Assembly (NCBI GenBank): GCA_964019425.1
Contig: OZ025797.1
Span: 1,302,001 to 1,366,000, forward strand
DNA length: 64,000 nucleotides
Direction: 5' to 3'
DNA from: Flectonema sp. DT1601
Taxonomy: Eukaryota
Of this stretch, positions 1 through 12,555 are shown one piece after another. The notes under the pieces were generated by a model that was not told the DNA's origin, ran no database searches, and saw nothing but the letters and a program-made list of their open reading frames with translations. The stretch's first letter is position 1. Each line of letters starts with the position of its first letter. The translations under genes were made by a program, and so were the position numbers.

Positions 1-1449
1 ATAGAGAAAATACAGATAGCGATGGGTGTATTCTAGAGCTGGCAATTTCTTTTAGTGAGGGAAAAGACTCAATTTTTCCGTAGCCACCGTACGGAAACTT
101 GTACACTAGCTTGTATGGTGGGTGTGGCGAAACCGACAGCAGAGGGATGATTCTTTTTTTCTTCTTTTTTTTTTTTTCCCCCAAGTCCCCTCTTTTTTTT
201 GAGAAAAACCTGAAAAAAAATTAATAAAAAAAACACAAAAAAGTACCCAAAAAAAAAAAAAAAAAAAAGAGCCACCACATTACCCAAAGGATCTCACCTC
301 CTTTCCTCTTTTCTTGTCGTTAATTCCTTCTGAGCCACAATTAAAAAATTGGGAAAACAAATAATAAATACCCCTACAAGTCCCCTTCCGGCCCATACTT
401 ACCACCCCGTCTTGAAAAAAAAAAAACAAATGTGTGTGGCGTTAGTAATATAAAGTGGAATGCGCACAAGAAGGGAACACCAAAAAAAACAAAAGAAAAA
501 AACGAAAAAAAAAAAAAAAAAAATAGTAATAATTCCACAGAAGTACAAGAAGTATAATTCTTTTTAATTTCCCCTTAAGTGTTCTTTCCCTCGGTGATGA
601 TGAGAGGGCATGTTTATAGTAAATATTTAGGTTGAAAAAAAAAAAAAATAAATAAAAGGGGGAACAAAACAAACCCTTAATACCCCAGCTTTTCTGTTCA
701 CTTTTTTCCCTTAACACTCTACACTTAACACAGCAGAGGTTTTGATTTTTTTTTTAAACAATTTTTTTGCTGCTGTTTCACAATTCTCCTTCTTCCCAAC
801 CCTCCCGTTTCAGGTGCGAAAAAAGAACATTCTCATTACGATTTCGAAACACATAAATAAACAACAAATGCTTTATCTTCAGAGATGATGACTTACAAGT
901 TATTAAAAATATCGACTCTTGGACATAGCTGAGAGTATGAGAGAGAAGAAGACGGGGGAGAAAGACACAAATCGTTCTCTCCTTGTGTCTTTGTCCCCAT
1001 ACAAGTTTACTTTTTGTGGCTTTTTTTTTTTAATTTTTATATCGACCTTAGTTAGTTATTCTGATGATGTTAATTATTCATCAAAATGATATTCACAAAC
1101 CAGCACTGATTTTGATCCCCCCAACAGCGATATTGGATCGTTTTGTATTATTATAGCTTTATATTATTTTTTATTTTTGGATTGGGGGAAGAGGGAGGAG
1201 GGAGAAAAAAAACAAAAAAAACAGTAAAAGATAAAAAAAAAATAGTAGTAAATAAAAAAATAACTTCACGGAATATTGTCCTCGAAGCGTCTCCTTTGGA
1301 AAAAAAAAAAAAACTAAAAAAAACAAGAGATTGTTTTTGTTTGGAGAATAAGAGAATAAAGAATAAAAATAATTAAAAAAAATATGTAGAGATTGACTTT
1401 TTCTCCAAACAGCGACTTTGGATTGAAGCGTCATACACGTTGGGAACAC

Positions 1450-1480
<31 letters not shown>

Positions 1481-2007
1481 GAGAATAGAATTCTTAATTT
1501 TATTATTTTTATTTTCGTTTTTTTTTTTTCCCCACGGAACCAACAACACTGTGCGCTCGTTCAGCGATCCCCTGCTGAGCTGAGGGGGAGTTACACGCGT
1601 ATTGGAAGAAGAAAAAAAAAAAAAAAAAACCACCCCACCCAACCCAATTTAAAAAAAGAATACCACAACGCACTTTGGAACAGGCAATCAGTAATAAATG
1701 CGGGAAAAGTTTTTTTAATAAAAAAAAAAGAAATAACTACAAATGTGATCCTACGCTCCTATGCCACTCGCATCCACTCCAACCCTCACCGTTCCCATCC
1801 TACCTTCGCATTATAAATGATCTAACGTAATGATTTAGGCATTATTAACTGAATGACAACTTTTATTCTCTCGAGGTGAAAATCTTTTTCTTCTTTTTAC
1901 AGATGTTTTGCAAGAGCTGTGTGATGTAACAATTAGTACTTTTCCAACTGTTATTTTATGTGGTCTCTCTTTCTTTTATATTATTGTAACTCATCAGGTT
2001 GAAAATA

Positions 2008-3554
2008 TGGAAAGGCTCACATCGTTTGATGCCACTTCTTTTATAGATCTCAGCATCCTGCAGGGATTATCGATTACTGTAAAGGAGGCGTTGGTAGAAC
2101 AGAAATCAGAACTGAAATCTGAACTTGATGAGACCAAGAACGTTTTCCATAACGAGATCGAAAAGTTGCGTATTGTGATGGAAAATAGAAAGTTCTCTCT
2201 ACAGAGAAACACATCCAATCTTCTTGAAAAACAAACTTCTGAAAAAGTCTGTCGACGTCACTTCATAGTTCTTCTGAAGTTCACAAAGAGACAAATCCGA
2301 CGTCGTCAAAGACATTACATCCAAACCCAAAATGAGAAGAAATTACTCAGATCGTACCTCTACAAGTTTACTCTCTTCCAAAAAATTGCCGTTACCAGGG
2401 CTCGAACTATGCGTTATTTATTAATAAAAGGAATGAGAGGATTACTTAGAGCAAGATACGACTCATGGACGCAACACAGAAGGAAAAAAGCTTTTGAAAA
2501 AAGTGAGAGGAGCCTGGCAGTACAAAGCGCAGTACACACAATGGCACATGGGAATCGATTACTTTTATTACAAAATAGATTTAATAGTTTACTGACGTCA
2601 GTTCATTCGTGTAGACTGCGCAAGCAACATAAATTAAAATCACATTCTCTTCTCGTTCAAAATGGTAAAATCTTGTGCCAGACTCACTTTGACACTTGGG
2701 TACGCTGGGGAAATGTTGTCCGCCTTTGGCGAGCACGTCGGAACTCTGCTCTTAACCACGTCCTCGTCTTGCAGCCCAAAACCGAGAATGCTGCACGACA
2801 GAAATACTCTCGTAAGCTCCGTCGGTGGGCAGAAATTCGCATACGTACCCGAGGTATGTTTATTGTTTAGTTTAGAGAGAGAGAGTCAAACCTTGTAATT
2901 CACACTGAGGGAATCCATTTTCGAAATGGAATTCAAATAATTATTTTAAACTTCTCAACTTTCCTTCGTATTCGAAATAAATAAAACCAACCAACAGAAA
3001 AAGAAGAAATTATATCAAAACTAGCTGAGCTAACTCTGAGATCGGATGCGAATGCAACGGAATCGTTGTTGGAATTGAAGCTCGGAACGGATTCTAGATT
3101 TAGTGAAGTGATATCAAAGTATGAAGTACTTGGATCACAAGTAGATGTTGGGTTGTCGTCTTTGAGTAGTACCAACAGTGTACTTAATAGAATGGTTGAT
3201 AGACTGTTGTCAGTTGATGAACACCTCGATATTCTTCACAAAGAGAAAGTTTCTCGAACTGAAGTTGGTGTTTCTCGCAATGTGTCTCCTGAAAGAATGA
3301 GAACTACTTCTGTTCTTACTGATCCTTCTCTTCAAAAACAACGAACTACCTTTGTTGGTCCCTCAGGGATTATTTCCTCTGCTAAAGATGATGCCTCACT
3401 AAGAGTTCCTCACAATACTAATTTAAGACCTCGAACTCCTCCAATTAATCCTGACTTGGACTTATCAAGACAAACTCAAAAGGAAATCGACACACTCAGA
3501 GTTAGAGAACTTGAGAAGAAACTCGGTATTGGATATCATTTAAATACTCAATAG
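2008..3554 (+). CDS. Hypothetical coiled-coil/Arg-Trp-rich protein, 2 exons (intron 2854-2997)
   Basis: ORFs 1908..2870 and 3066..3554 join in frame via GTATGT(2854)...CAACAG(2997). First ATG follows a CAG acceptor at ~1997. Helical W/R-rich pattern (Sfi1-like at best). Confidence 0.7.
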
Positions 3555-3836
3555 TGAACTGTTCTCTTTACTGTATTATTTGTTTAGAATATTTTTAATT
3601 TCCCTCTTCTGACTTCTGAAGGTTGTGATAGACTTAACTAACGTAGATATTGGTTTGTTGTTGGGTGGTTGAGTAGTTTTTTTAATTTAAAATTCGTTCT
3701 TTTGCAGTCCTTCTCACACTATGTCAATTTTGTTGTTTATTTTCAATAGCGTAACATTAACATTAACCTTAAATTAAATTATATTTCCAACTCTCCCTTG
3801 ACAGGTATCACCCATCTACAAGACACTATTTTAAAG

Positions 3837-4895
3837 ATGTCACAGCAGTTGTCACTCACACCGTCATATGTCTCAGGAGAGAGTTCAATGGGAAGTCTTG
3901 GACACAGTTCAGGATCAGAGAATGATCAATCATATGCGAGTACCACGAGTATGATTAGTAACACTGGAAAGAGAAATGGAAAACAGATGAGAAAGTCTTC
4001 CGAAAGTAAGATGAGTGTTGTCACTCCATGGTACCCACAGGGAATGGCTAAGTCTAAGTTAAAACTCGGTGATGAAATCGCTTCCTTGTTCAGCATGTTA
4101 AAGTTAACACCTGAGGAAACCAGCAGACGTCACATGGCGAGATCTACAATCCAAGAAGTACTTCAGAAGAACTGGCCTGAGGCAACAGTTAAGGTTTACG
4201 GATCATTCGCTTACGGCATGTCTCTCCCTCAATCATCTCTCGACTTAGTTTGTGAAGACTGCGAAAGTTTTGTTGAACTTCCTTCAATCCTTCGTCAGTT
4301 TGGAGAATCGCATGTTGAAATCGAAGGATTCACTTCTGATGAAGACACTGCATTCGCTCGTTTAAAGGTCGGCAGTGGTGTCACTGCAAACATCTCATTT
4401 GTGATTGGAAAGAGTAGCGCAAGAAAGTCTGTTGCAGAGATCAGAAGACTTGTAAAACAATTCCCTGCCTGTGATGAGGTTTACGCTGTAGTCAGACTTG
4501 TGTTACAACAGTCGAGATGTGGTGATGCTCGTCAGGGAGGATTATCATCCTACGCAGCGTTAGTGATGCTTCTTCACGCATGTTACAGATGTCAAACACC
4601 ACATGACCCAGCACAGTTATTAATTGAGTTCTTTAAGATTTACGGTACTGGTTCAGGTCCAATGAATGAACCACTCTTTGTTGAAGATCCTCTCTGTCCT
4701 GAAAATGATGTTGCTGCTGGATGTGTTCGTATGGTTCAGATTCGTGCAATGTTTCAAAACTGCGCGATGACTCTTGAGAAGTGGTCTCTGGACAAGTGGG
4801 ATGGATACAGAGGTCGCTCTCCACTCTCCAGTATTCTGGCTTACGATGGTCTCTGGGCTGGAAAGCGTTCTCTCTCAGATAAGTTCGTTAGTTAA
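3837..4895 (+). CDS. TRF4/PAPD5-like non-canonical poly(A) polymerase family protein, probably catalytically impaired
   Basis: VKVYGSFAYGMSLPQSSLDLV, GGLSSYA, LLIEFFKIYG and LFVEDPLCPENDV match the Pol-beta NTase and PAP-associated motifs. The family SDxD and DISF motifs read SSLD and NISF. Confidence 0.85.
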   Translation: MSQQLSLTPSYVSGESSMGSLGHSSGSENDQSYASTTSMISNTGKRNGKQMRKSSESKMSVVTPWYPQGMAKSKLKLGDEIASLFSMLKLTPEETSRRHMARSTIQEVLQKNWPEATVKVYGSFAYGMSLPQSSLDLVCEDCESFVELPSILRQFGESHVEIEGFTSDEDTAFARLKVGSGVTANISFVIGKSSARKSVAEIRRLVKQFPACDEVYAVVRLVLQQSRCGDARQGGLSSYAALVMLLHACYRCQTPHDPAQLLIEFFKIYGTGSGPMNEPLFVEDPLCPENDVAAGCVRMVQIRAMFQNCAMTLEKWSLDKWDGYRGRSPLSSILAYDGLWAGKRSLSDKFVS

Positions 4896-7800
4896 AAACC
4901 GACTTCTGACGAACGTGGAGTAAAGAAGTCTAATTGATTGGGTGGCCATGTACCCCTCACGATGCTATTGTGGCCAGACTGGTATAGAGGGAAAAAAAAA
5001 AAACTAAAAAAAACTATAAAAAAAAAAATTAAAACCTTACACCCTTTTTTTTTTGGGTAACTATTAATCTTAAAAAAATCTGTTTTTTTTCCTTTTATTT
5101 ATTTTTTTTTTTTTTTCCCGTTCTCTTTTTTTAGGTTTATGTGCATATGGGGGATTTCCTCGTATTTTTCCATGTTCTATTTGTTCATCGAACGAACGTT
5201 ACATTTGAAGGAAGGTTTTTGCGGTAGCATGATATAATCCACGATGACTGAAGCTTTGCCTCGAAGGTTACTTGGGAAGTGACTTTGTTATCTTCTTTCA
5301 TTAGTACGAGCATATATCGCAAAAAAAAAAAAAAAAAACAAAAAAAAAAAATGGAAAAAGAAAAAAAAAAATATGGTTGGCTGAAGTCAATAGACGTTGG
5401 ACAAATGTTTGTTGCTGCCTCGATTTTTTTTTTTTTTTTTTCCCTTCAGAAACAAAAAAAAAAAAAAAAAAAAGAGAAGAGAAGAAAGCTATTTCTTTTT
5501 CATGAAAGGTAAACGTGTCCTGTTCAGTTGCGTCTTTTTAGTTGAAAAATGAAACGGCGCTTTTCTTTATAGATCATGTTGCTTGAACAGTTTCCCACTC
5601 GGAGGCAATATTTCTTCCACCGGAATGAGAAGGGGGAGGAACGCGTGAGTTGCTACACTATTTTGCTTTTGATTTATTTTTTCAAAATGGAGTGAGGGGC
5701 CTTCAATTGGCTTTTTAAACCAAATCCTTGTATCAACGAAGAGATCCCTGTTCTCTAGTTCCTTATTGTGAAGGACTAATGTGAAATGGAAACCAAGTGA
5801 ATCAAATTTGAGCACGAGTGGGAATCATCGTTTGTCTTTTTTTTTTTTCCTCTTTCAATTATGTGCGTTATAGTTATTTATTATTCTTGCTTGAGTCCCT
5901 CAGCGAATTGAGTTTTTGGGTATTTTTGGTTTGTTTATTTTTCTTTTTTTTTATTTTTGTTCTTTTGCTCGCATCTCATTCATGCACTACAACTCTTTAT
6001 CACGTATTACTTAACATTGAGTAGAGTGCGAATTCGGTGGAGCAATTATTGAATTTCAAATATGAAAATGAAATAACACCCACCTCAACGCTCTTGGAGT
6101 ATTCTGAGGAATTTTTTATTTTTTATTATATTGTTTTATTTATGTGTTTGTTTTTCCTTTTTTTTTTTTGTTTTTTTAAAAAAAAAACAAGAAAAGAGGA
6201 CTTATAAAAAAAAAAAAAAAAAAAAATTGATTTATTTTTTTCATTTCATACTTTCCCGTTCCCGTTCAATATTATTATTTTCTTTTTTTTTGTCATCTAA
6301 AAAAGCTTTTTATTTTCTGGCTGTTTGCTGATTACAAATTACATTCGTCGAACTTATCGTCTCTCTTCCTGTAGCAAATTAGTTTACTGATTTTATTTGT
6401 TATAACGAAAGGCTTTTAAAAAAAAAAAAAAAACAAAGTGAGTCGGTGCAAGAAAAAAAAACAAGAGTCTTGTGATTGTAAACCGTCTCAGGTGAGGAAG
6501 AAGAAGAAAAAACATTAAAATAAGAAAATTGATGATGAATAAACTAGGTCACATCGTTTGCAGAGCGCGTCTTTGTGCACTGCCATCAAGAACAGGTCTA
6601 TTCATTGCGTTGTTTTTCCGCATTCTCTTCTTCCGCACGGATATGTTGTAGTGAGGAGAGGGGAATGGGAAAAAAAAAAAGAAAAAAAAAAGAATTCTTC
6701 TTTTCTATTATCCCCACTGCTGAAAAAAAAAAAAAAAAAATTACGTCGTCTCTCTTCACTATAGTTCGCCACTCCACTGCTAAATTATAGAAAAAAAACA
6801 TTTTTTCTTTTCTTTCTTGTTCTTTGCTGTTCATTTGTGAATTGCAGTCCTCTCGATACGAATTCGTTTCGTATGTTTTTTTTCTTTTCAACAAAAGTAA
6901 TTCTTGCGGTGAGAAAGCACTCTTAACCCCTCTTGACATCATCCGAGGGGAAGAAAATAAATCAATCAAAAATCCTCAAGAGAATTATTGATTGATTGCA
7001 GATAACTTTTTCTTCCGGCGTGCATGGAGGTTGGGAATTAAAGCAACAGCAATAGCAAAACTATTATTAATTATATTGCGCCACGATATTCTATTATTAA
7101 ACAGGGAAAGTAGAACGGAACTATCCAAGAAAATGAAAGGAATTGTCAGGTTAAAAAAAACAAATATAAAAAAAAAATAACAGAAAAAAGCAAAACGTTT
7201 TCGTCGTTCCTGTGGCCGTGGAGTTTTCTTTCCTTCTTTATTCTTTATTCCAAACGTGTACGTTTTCTGTCAGTGGGATCCATAGCGAAGGAGGAGAAGA
7301 AAAAAAAGAAGAAAAAAAAAAAAAAAAAAAAAAACTGATTTATGATTTAATCTCTAAAATAGAGACAGGAAAGAGAAGTTAAGTTTTAAAAAATAAAAGA
7401 TATTTCTACCCTCATTTTCTTAAAGCAAACTATTGTATGGTCATGATTGCCATAATCTGTCAGTCCTTATTCTACCCAAGGCAAATTTCCCCCCCCTCCT
7501 TTTTTTCCCTTTTTTCCCCTTTTTTGTTGAGTGTCCTCGCTCAAGAACGGGGGGAAAATAATGAAATTCTCTCTCAATTATAACGCGTGAAGTGATTTTA
7601 TGTGTGTGTTCCCTTTTCTTCCCTTGATCCGTTCTTGTCTAAGTTATTTCTTCAACAGCGTGAAAGAGATTCACTTTCCGATTCATTATTCGGAGAGTAT
7701 TCCACTTTCAGAAAACCGGGTATTAAAAAAAAAAAAAAAAAAAAAAATCCTACCCAGGTGTGGAAAGAAAGAAGTATTTGAGAGAGTTCCCCTACTTTCT

Positions 7801-8402
7801 TTTCGATTCCTATTTCTCAGTACGGGACAATAAATCCGGTTAAACGGTTTCTGTGCTCAAGAATAGATACAAAACAAAAAAAAACAAATAAGTTTTTGAT
7901 AAGCTTGAAGAAAAAAAAAAAAAAAAAACATAGAAAGGAGGACGGCGGTTAAGTTCGCGGTTGTGTGGTACAACACAACTGATGATCAGGGTTTCCCCCC
8001 CTCTCCTTGTTTGTGTTTTTTTTAAAAAAAACTGCTGACGCTGTGTTTTGCTTTTCACCTCAACAAAGAGTCAACAGTTAGGCTCACATTCATTATAAGT
8101 GATGTGTCCCTTTAGCTTTCTTGGCTGTTATCGTATTGATTTGGTGTTGTCGTGATGGTACATTGTTGCAATAAAATTAATTAATTCTCCACCCTTATTA
8201 AATCCCCCCTTTTTTTAAACTAAATATTTGTGTGCGGTAAGCTTGTGTACCATAGTTCCCTTCTTTCTTTTCTCTTTCCTCCTTATTATATTATTATTGT
8301 GGTTTTGGGGACACAATTCTTGTTGTGATGAAGGTTCTTTTTTTTTTTTTTTTTTTAATTTTTTTCCCCCTCGTGGACATGGTGTTCCTTCTGGGGGAAA
8401 AG

Positions 8403-8433
<31 letters not shown>

Positions 8434-9771
8434 TCAGCAACAAAATAAATAGAACAAATGATTGGAAAAATAAGAACAAAAGAAAGAATTAATCTCCCCC
8501 CTCATCCCGAGCATTTTTCGTACGTTGAAGCGCGTATAACATCAATTGATATCGTGCTTCCCGTGGGGCATCAATAGGTGAACGCAACACATTTGATTCT
8601 TTTTTAGTGAGGAAGCAGTTTTTTGATTTCCTATTTTTTTTTTTTTTTTTTTTTTGCTTTTTTTTGCAAATTGCTTTAAAAAAGAAAAAAAATAGAGTAG
8701 GATCCGGATTGACTGTTTTTTCCCCCCTTTTTTTTTTCGTTCTTTCCCTTTTTCTTCCATCCCTCTCACACTTATAATTTATTCCTGACCTTCTAATTTG
8801 GCGGCTCTTTATCGACTGACGGTCTCTACATGGCGCGAATATTTTCCTTTTTTCTACGTAAAAAGAAGCAGGAAAAAAAAAAAATGTATTATTTATCTAG
8901 TCATCATCTGCGATGTGTTTCTTTCCTCGCTTCTGAAAAAAGACTCCAAAGTAAAGGATAATTGCAGGTGATTCTGAGCTGATTTTCCCGCTGTCTTTAT
9001 CCATGGTGGGAATTTCACTCGAAAAAAAAAGAAAATAACCAACGCAAAGAATGCTAACCGAGTAGTCATATTGCCTTTTGTAGGGTCTTTCTTCAGGAAG
9101 AAAAAAAAAACAACAACAAAAAAAAAGCAACAAAAAGCCATTGCTTCGAGTAACTTCTCTTTTTATCCAGTGGGTTGCCCCCGCTGGATTTGTAAGAAAG
9201 GTTTAACCTCCCCTCTTTTTTCTTTTCTTTTCCCCCTTTCCCATCCCGTGTCTGGTAGTTGTTAGGCCAGTGTGGAAAAAAAGAACCATAATCAAACGTA
9301 GAAATACTAAACAAAATAACCATCCCTTGCGAAACAACGGTCTCCACTACCAAAGGTGGTGGAGATCGGTTTGCGCTATCACCAGAAGGGAAAATATTAT
9401 TAAAAAGTACCCAGCGTCAGCATAAGAAAAGAGAAAACTAAAAAAAAGAGAACGAAAAAAAAAAAAAAAAAAAAAAAAAATACTCATTCCCGCTTCTCCC
9501 CATTTCATCTCCCTTCCCTCTTTTCCCTGCTTTTCTTTTTTTTTTCAACATTTTCTTTTTTCCTTCCCAAATTAGACAGCCTGCCTGTTGGGTTGATCTT
9601 TTTAAAAGTATCGCTCACTTGAAGTTCTTAATTACATTGTTTTCCCCTCACAGAATCTATACGTGTGTGTGTGTTGTGTATGCGTAACGCAGATTGATTT
9701 TGTTACAAGTTGATAGTTTTCTTATGTTTTTTCCCATCAGAAAAAGAAAGAGAAGGAAAACATTTTACAAA

Positions 9772-10165
9772 ATGGTTTCTGTAATGGAAACAGGACCCCC
9801 AGCTTTGTTGGAAGGAAATGCGAGTTCAGTGGGAGCGCCTTCAGCACCAACCGGGAGGGCGGAACCAAATGCTGTAGTGGCAGCAGTTGCTTCAGCCCCA
9901 AGTGGAACAGTTCAGGCCACAGTGTTGAGTGACGAGGTGATTATCGCAAAAGTATTTAGAGATGCTGATAATCGCCGTTTGATGAGCTCCGCTTGGAAGG
10001 TCACTCCCGAGTACTTTCGAGTGATAGGAAAGAAGGGGCTCGTTACGGATGTCGCCCCTGTTGGAACTGTTCGCATTGCATTCGAAGCTCCCTCTTACAG
10101 GGGAGGGTTGTGGTTTCCTGCTGGGGCGATTGCTCAATTCCTGCTACCGTCTGTTGGTCAGCAGC

Positions 10166-10208
<43 letters not shown>

Positions 10209-10767
10209 GCAACAGCAAGCGGATATTTCTCAATTGATATCTCTCGTTTCAGGAGCACAACACTCTCTGTTGTCGAATACAATAATTGAATTAGTTAGAA
10301 GTTATCCTCAACTACTACAAACAGCTATTGAAAGATTACAATCTGGACAATCTCAACAACAACTGACTGGCTACAGTAGTAGGTCTGCTCTGTCTCATAG
10401 AGCTCAGTGGTCATCAACTCTTAGCGATCTTGGAACTGCTAGTCCTGCTGTGTCGTCACCAATAGTTAGCCCGAGTAGCATCAGAAGTGAAAGGAAAGGT
10501 TTGGATCCAAATAGTCCTCCGTTTAGAACTGCTAGAGGAACAGAACAGCAATCGCTTTTTAAAGTAGTTCCTCAGCCGCAAGAACTTCCTGCAGGTCTGG
10601 AGACACCTCCAAGACAGCCGAGTCCACAAACATCTGATCCGAGTGAGTTGGGACCTGCCAACACTCCAGTCATTAAATCGACATCTGCTCCTAAGTCACC
10701 AGATGAGGCTCCGTGGGATGGGATTTCTATAGTGAGTAAAGTTATTGATGATATATTTCAGAAGTAA
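9772..10767 (+). CDS. Poly-Q, Ser/Pro-rich protein with a Mind-bomb-SH3-like motif
   Basis: Long ORF. IGKKGLVTDVAPVGTVRIAF...LWFPAGAI resembles the Mind bomb SH3 repeat. Poly-Q of ~20 residues. Confidence 0.65.
10159..10218 (+). repeat. CAA/CAG trinucleotide repeat encoding poly-Q
   Basis: Direct reading of the sequence. Confidence 0.95.
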
Positions 10768-10920
10768 CTTCTGAAGTATACTTCTCGAGAATTTAATTTC
10801 TCGTGATAAACTTTTACGTAAGAAATGATGAAAAGGATGAAAATAAATATTAAAACTCTTGTTTCAATCTGACGAAAATTAAATTTTTCTTCAGTAAAGG
10901 TTGTTTTTAAAACGACTTTG

Positions 10921-10951
<31 letters not shown>

Positions 10952-11417
10952 ACAAATTTAAAAACAGCAGCTCGGCTGTTGGCACTTTTTACACACTCTC
11001 TTGCTTTCAGTTGGCACCGAAGCTAATTTCTTTCTTTCATTTTATTTAATTTTTTGCATAAAGCACCTAGGCGGAAAAAGCTACGTTGTTTGATGTATTT
11101 TTTAGCGCACTACTTACACGTTCCAGATTCACTTTGCAATTTGGTGAAGGGTTTTCCCTTTACGTCGTTTATTTTATTTCTTTATTGTTTTTCGCCTGCC
11201 GGCGGCATTCTTACACGTTTCTTACTGGCTAGAGAAAGCCTTGTTTCACTCGTTTTTTTTCCCCTTCTCTTTTATCTTCAGCTGCTGTTATCACTAACTA
11301 ACTAACGTTGGCCCTCCCTCGTCTAAAATTAATGATACTAACGTTGGCCCCCCCTCGTTCAATTCGAGTGCGTAAAATCGAACTTTAACACTTTCCTTGG
11401 CTCACAAAAAGAATTAG

Positions 11418-12290
11418 AGATCTGGTGAGCAAAAAAAAAAAAAAAAAAAAAAATTGCATTCCTTTCTAGGATCGTTTCTTGCTGGTTGTTTCTTATTTTC
11501 CTTTTGAATCAGCTCTCTATTTTATCTTTTTTAAAAACCTTACCCGATAGCCGTCAGAGAACGCTTCAACAAATTGGTATCATCCCAATCGCTGGTTCCC
11601 TCATTGAGTCTGTCTGCTGTATTGGTACCATGTGTTACAGATTCTTAGCTCCATCAAAGCAGCTTTCAAAGCTTCTTGTAGGTGAGGGATACTTTGTTAT
11701 TGTTGCTTACAACTTGTTGGCAGTTTCATTCTTCAGTCTTATGTACGCATTCCACAGCTAAAGAGAGTTCACAAGGGTATGCTTCATTCGGTGTATTGTG
11801 TCTCACAGAATACACAGAAAGGAGAACAGATTGACTTTCTGATACCTGCCTGAGGTGAGAGTGGATATCTTTTCAAGTGTCTTGTGGACTCAGTTGAGGA
11901 ATATTATCAATCTGACTAAATAAAAGACAGCTGGCCCCGCCTGAGGTGAGATGTTCTCTTTTCAGAGAGTTTGTTATGTTGTCTTTTGATGACAACTTGA
12001 CAACTGTCGCAGATTGTAATGAGAGAGATCTCTGAAGTGATTCCTTTTCAGGAACTCTTCGAGAAGATTGCGTGTGGTAGCCTTGGTGTGGTAGTTTTGG
12101 TGTCGTTTCTTTGTTCTAATTGTAGACGTCGTACGGAATTAGTGTTCCTCATTTCTTACGTTAACTTTCCTCTTCGTGTGACATGTTTGTGTTGTTGTTT
12201 CCTCTTCTTCTGTTTTGCTGGTTGTCCACATGACATTTCCATTTCCTGTGTTTCTAGCAAACAATAAAAAGAAAAGAAAAAGAACAGAAC
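11418..12290 (+). ncRNA. Putative non-coding (or 5'UTR) micro-exon locus with about 6 short GT-AG introns
   Basis: Donor/acceptor pairs at 11425-11469, 11485-11550, 11577-11640, 11682-11757, 11777-11829, 11855-11930 and 11946-12012. Several introns fold as hairpins. No sizeable ATG-initiated ORF in the spliced model. Confidence 0.4.
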
Positions 12291-12555
12291 AAGAAACTCT
12301 CGTAGTTGTAGTGGAATATCAGAAATAGGATTGACTCGACCCCATCAGACGGACACTTTCCTATTCATTGCTTTCCTTTTTTATTGAATGATATTATTTA
12401 CACTTACCATCCAATCACATTAAGTGAGTAATTGCAAAAGAAAGAAGAAACATTTACCCTGCCTTTCTGCCCTCTCCCGCCTCCCTCTCAGAGTGAGTTG
12501 CTTGTGAAGATTTCTTTATGTTAATTTAATAATTGAATTCAACAGATAAGGCAGT

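Noticed and set aside
395..403. ATACTTACC, matching the U1 snRNA 5' end
   Set aside because: No U1 stem-loops or Sm site follow. It is better explained as a minus-strand splice donor.
4900..9700. Many short K/F-rich ORFs in poly-A/poly-T sequence
   Set aside because: They are translations of homopolymer runs with no coding signal, probably UTR, intron or intergenic DNA.
12019..12062. SECIS-like ATGA-N12-AA-N24-GA hairpin
   Set aside because: Helix II is imperfect and no upstream ORF with a credible in-frame TGA was found.
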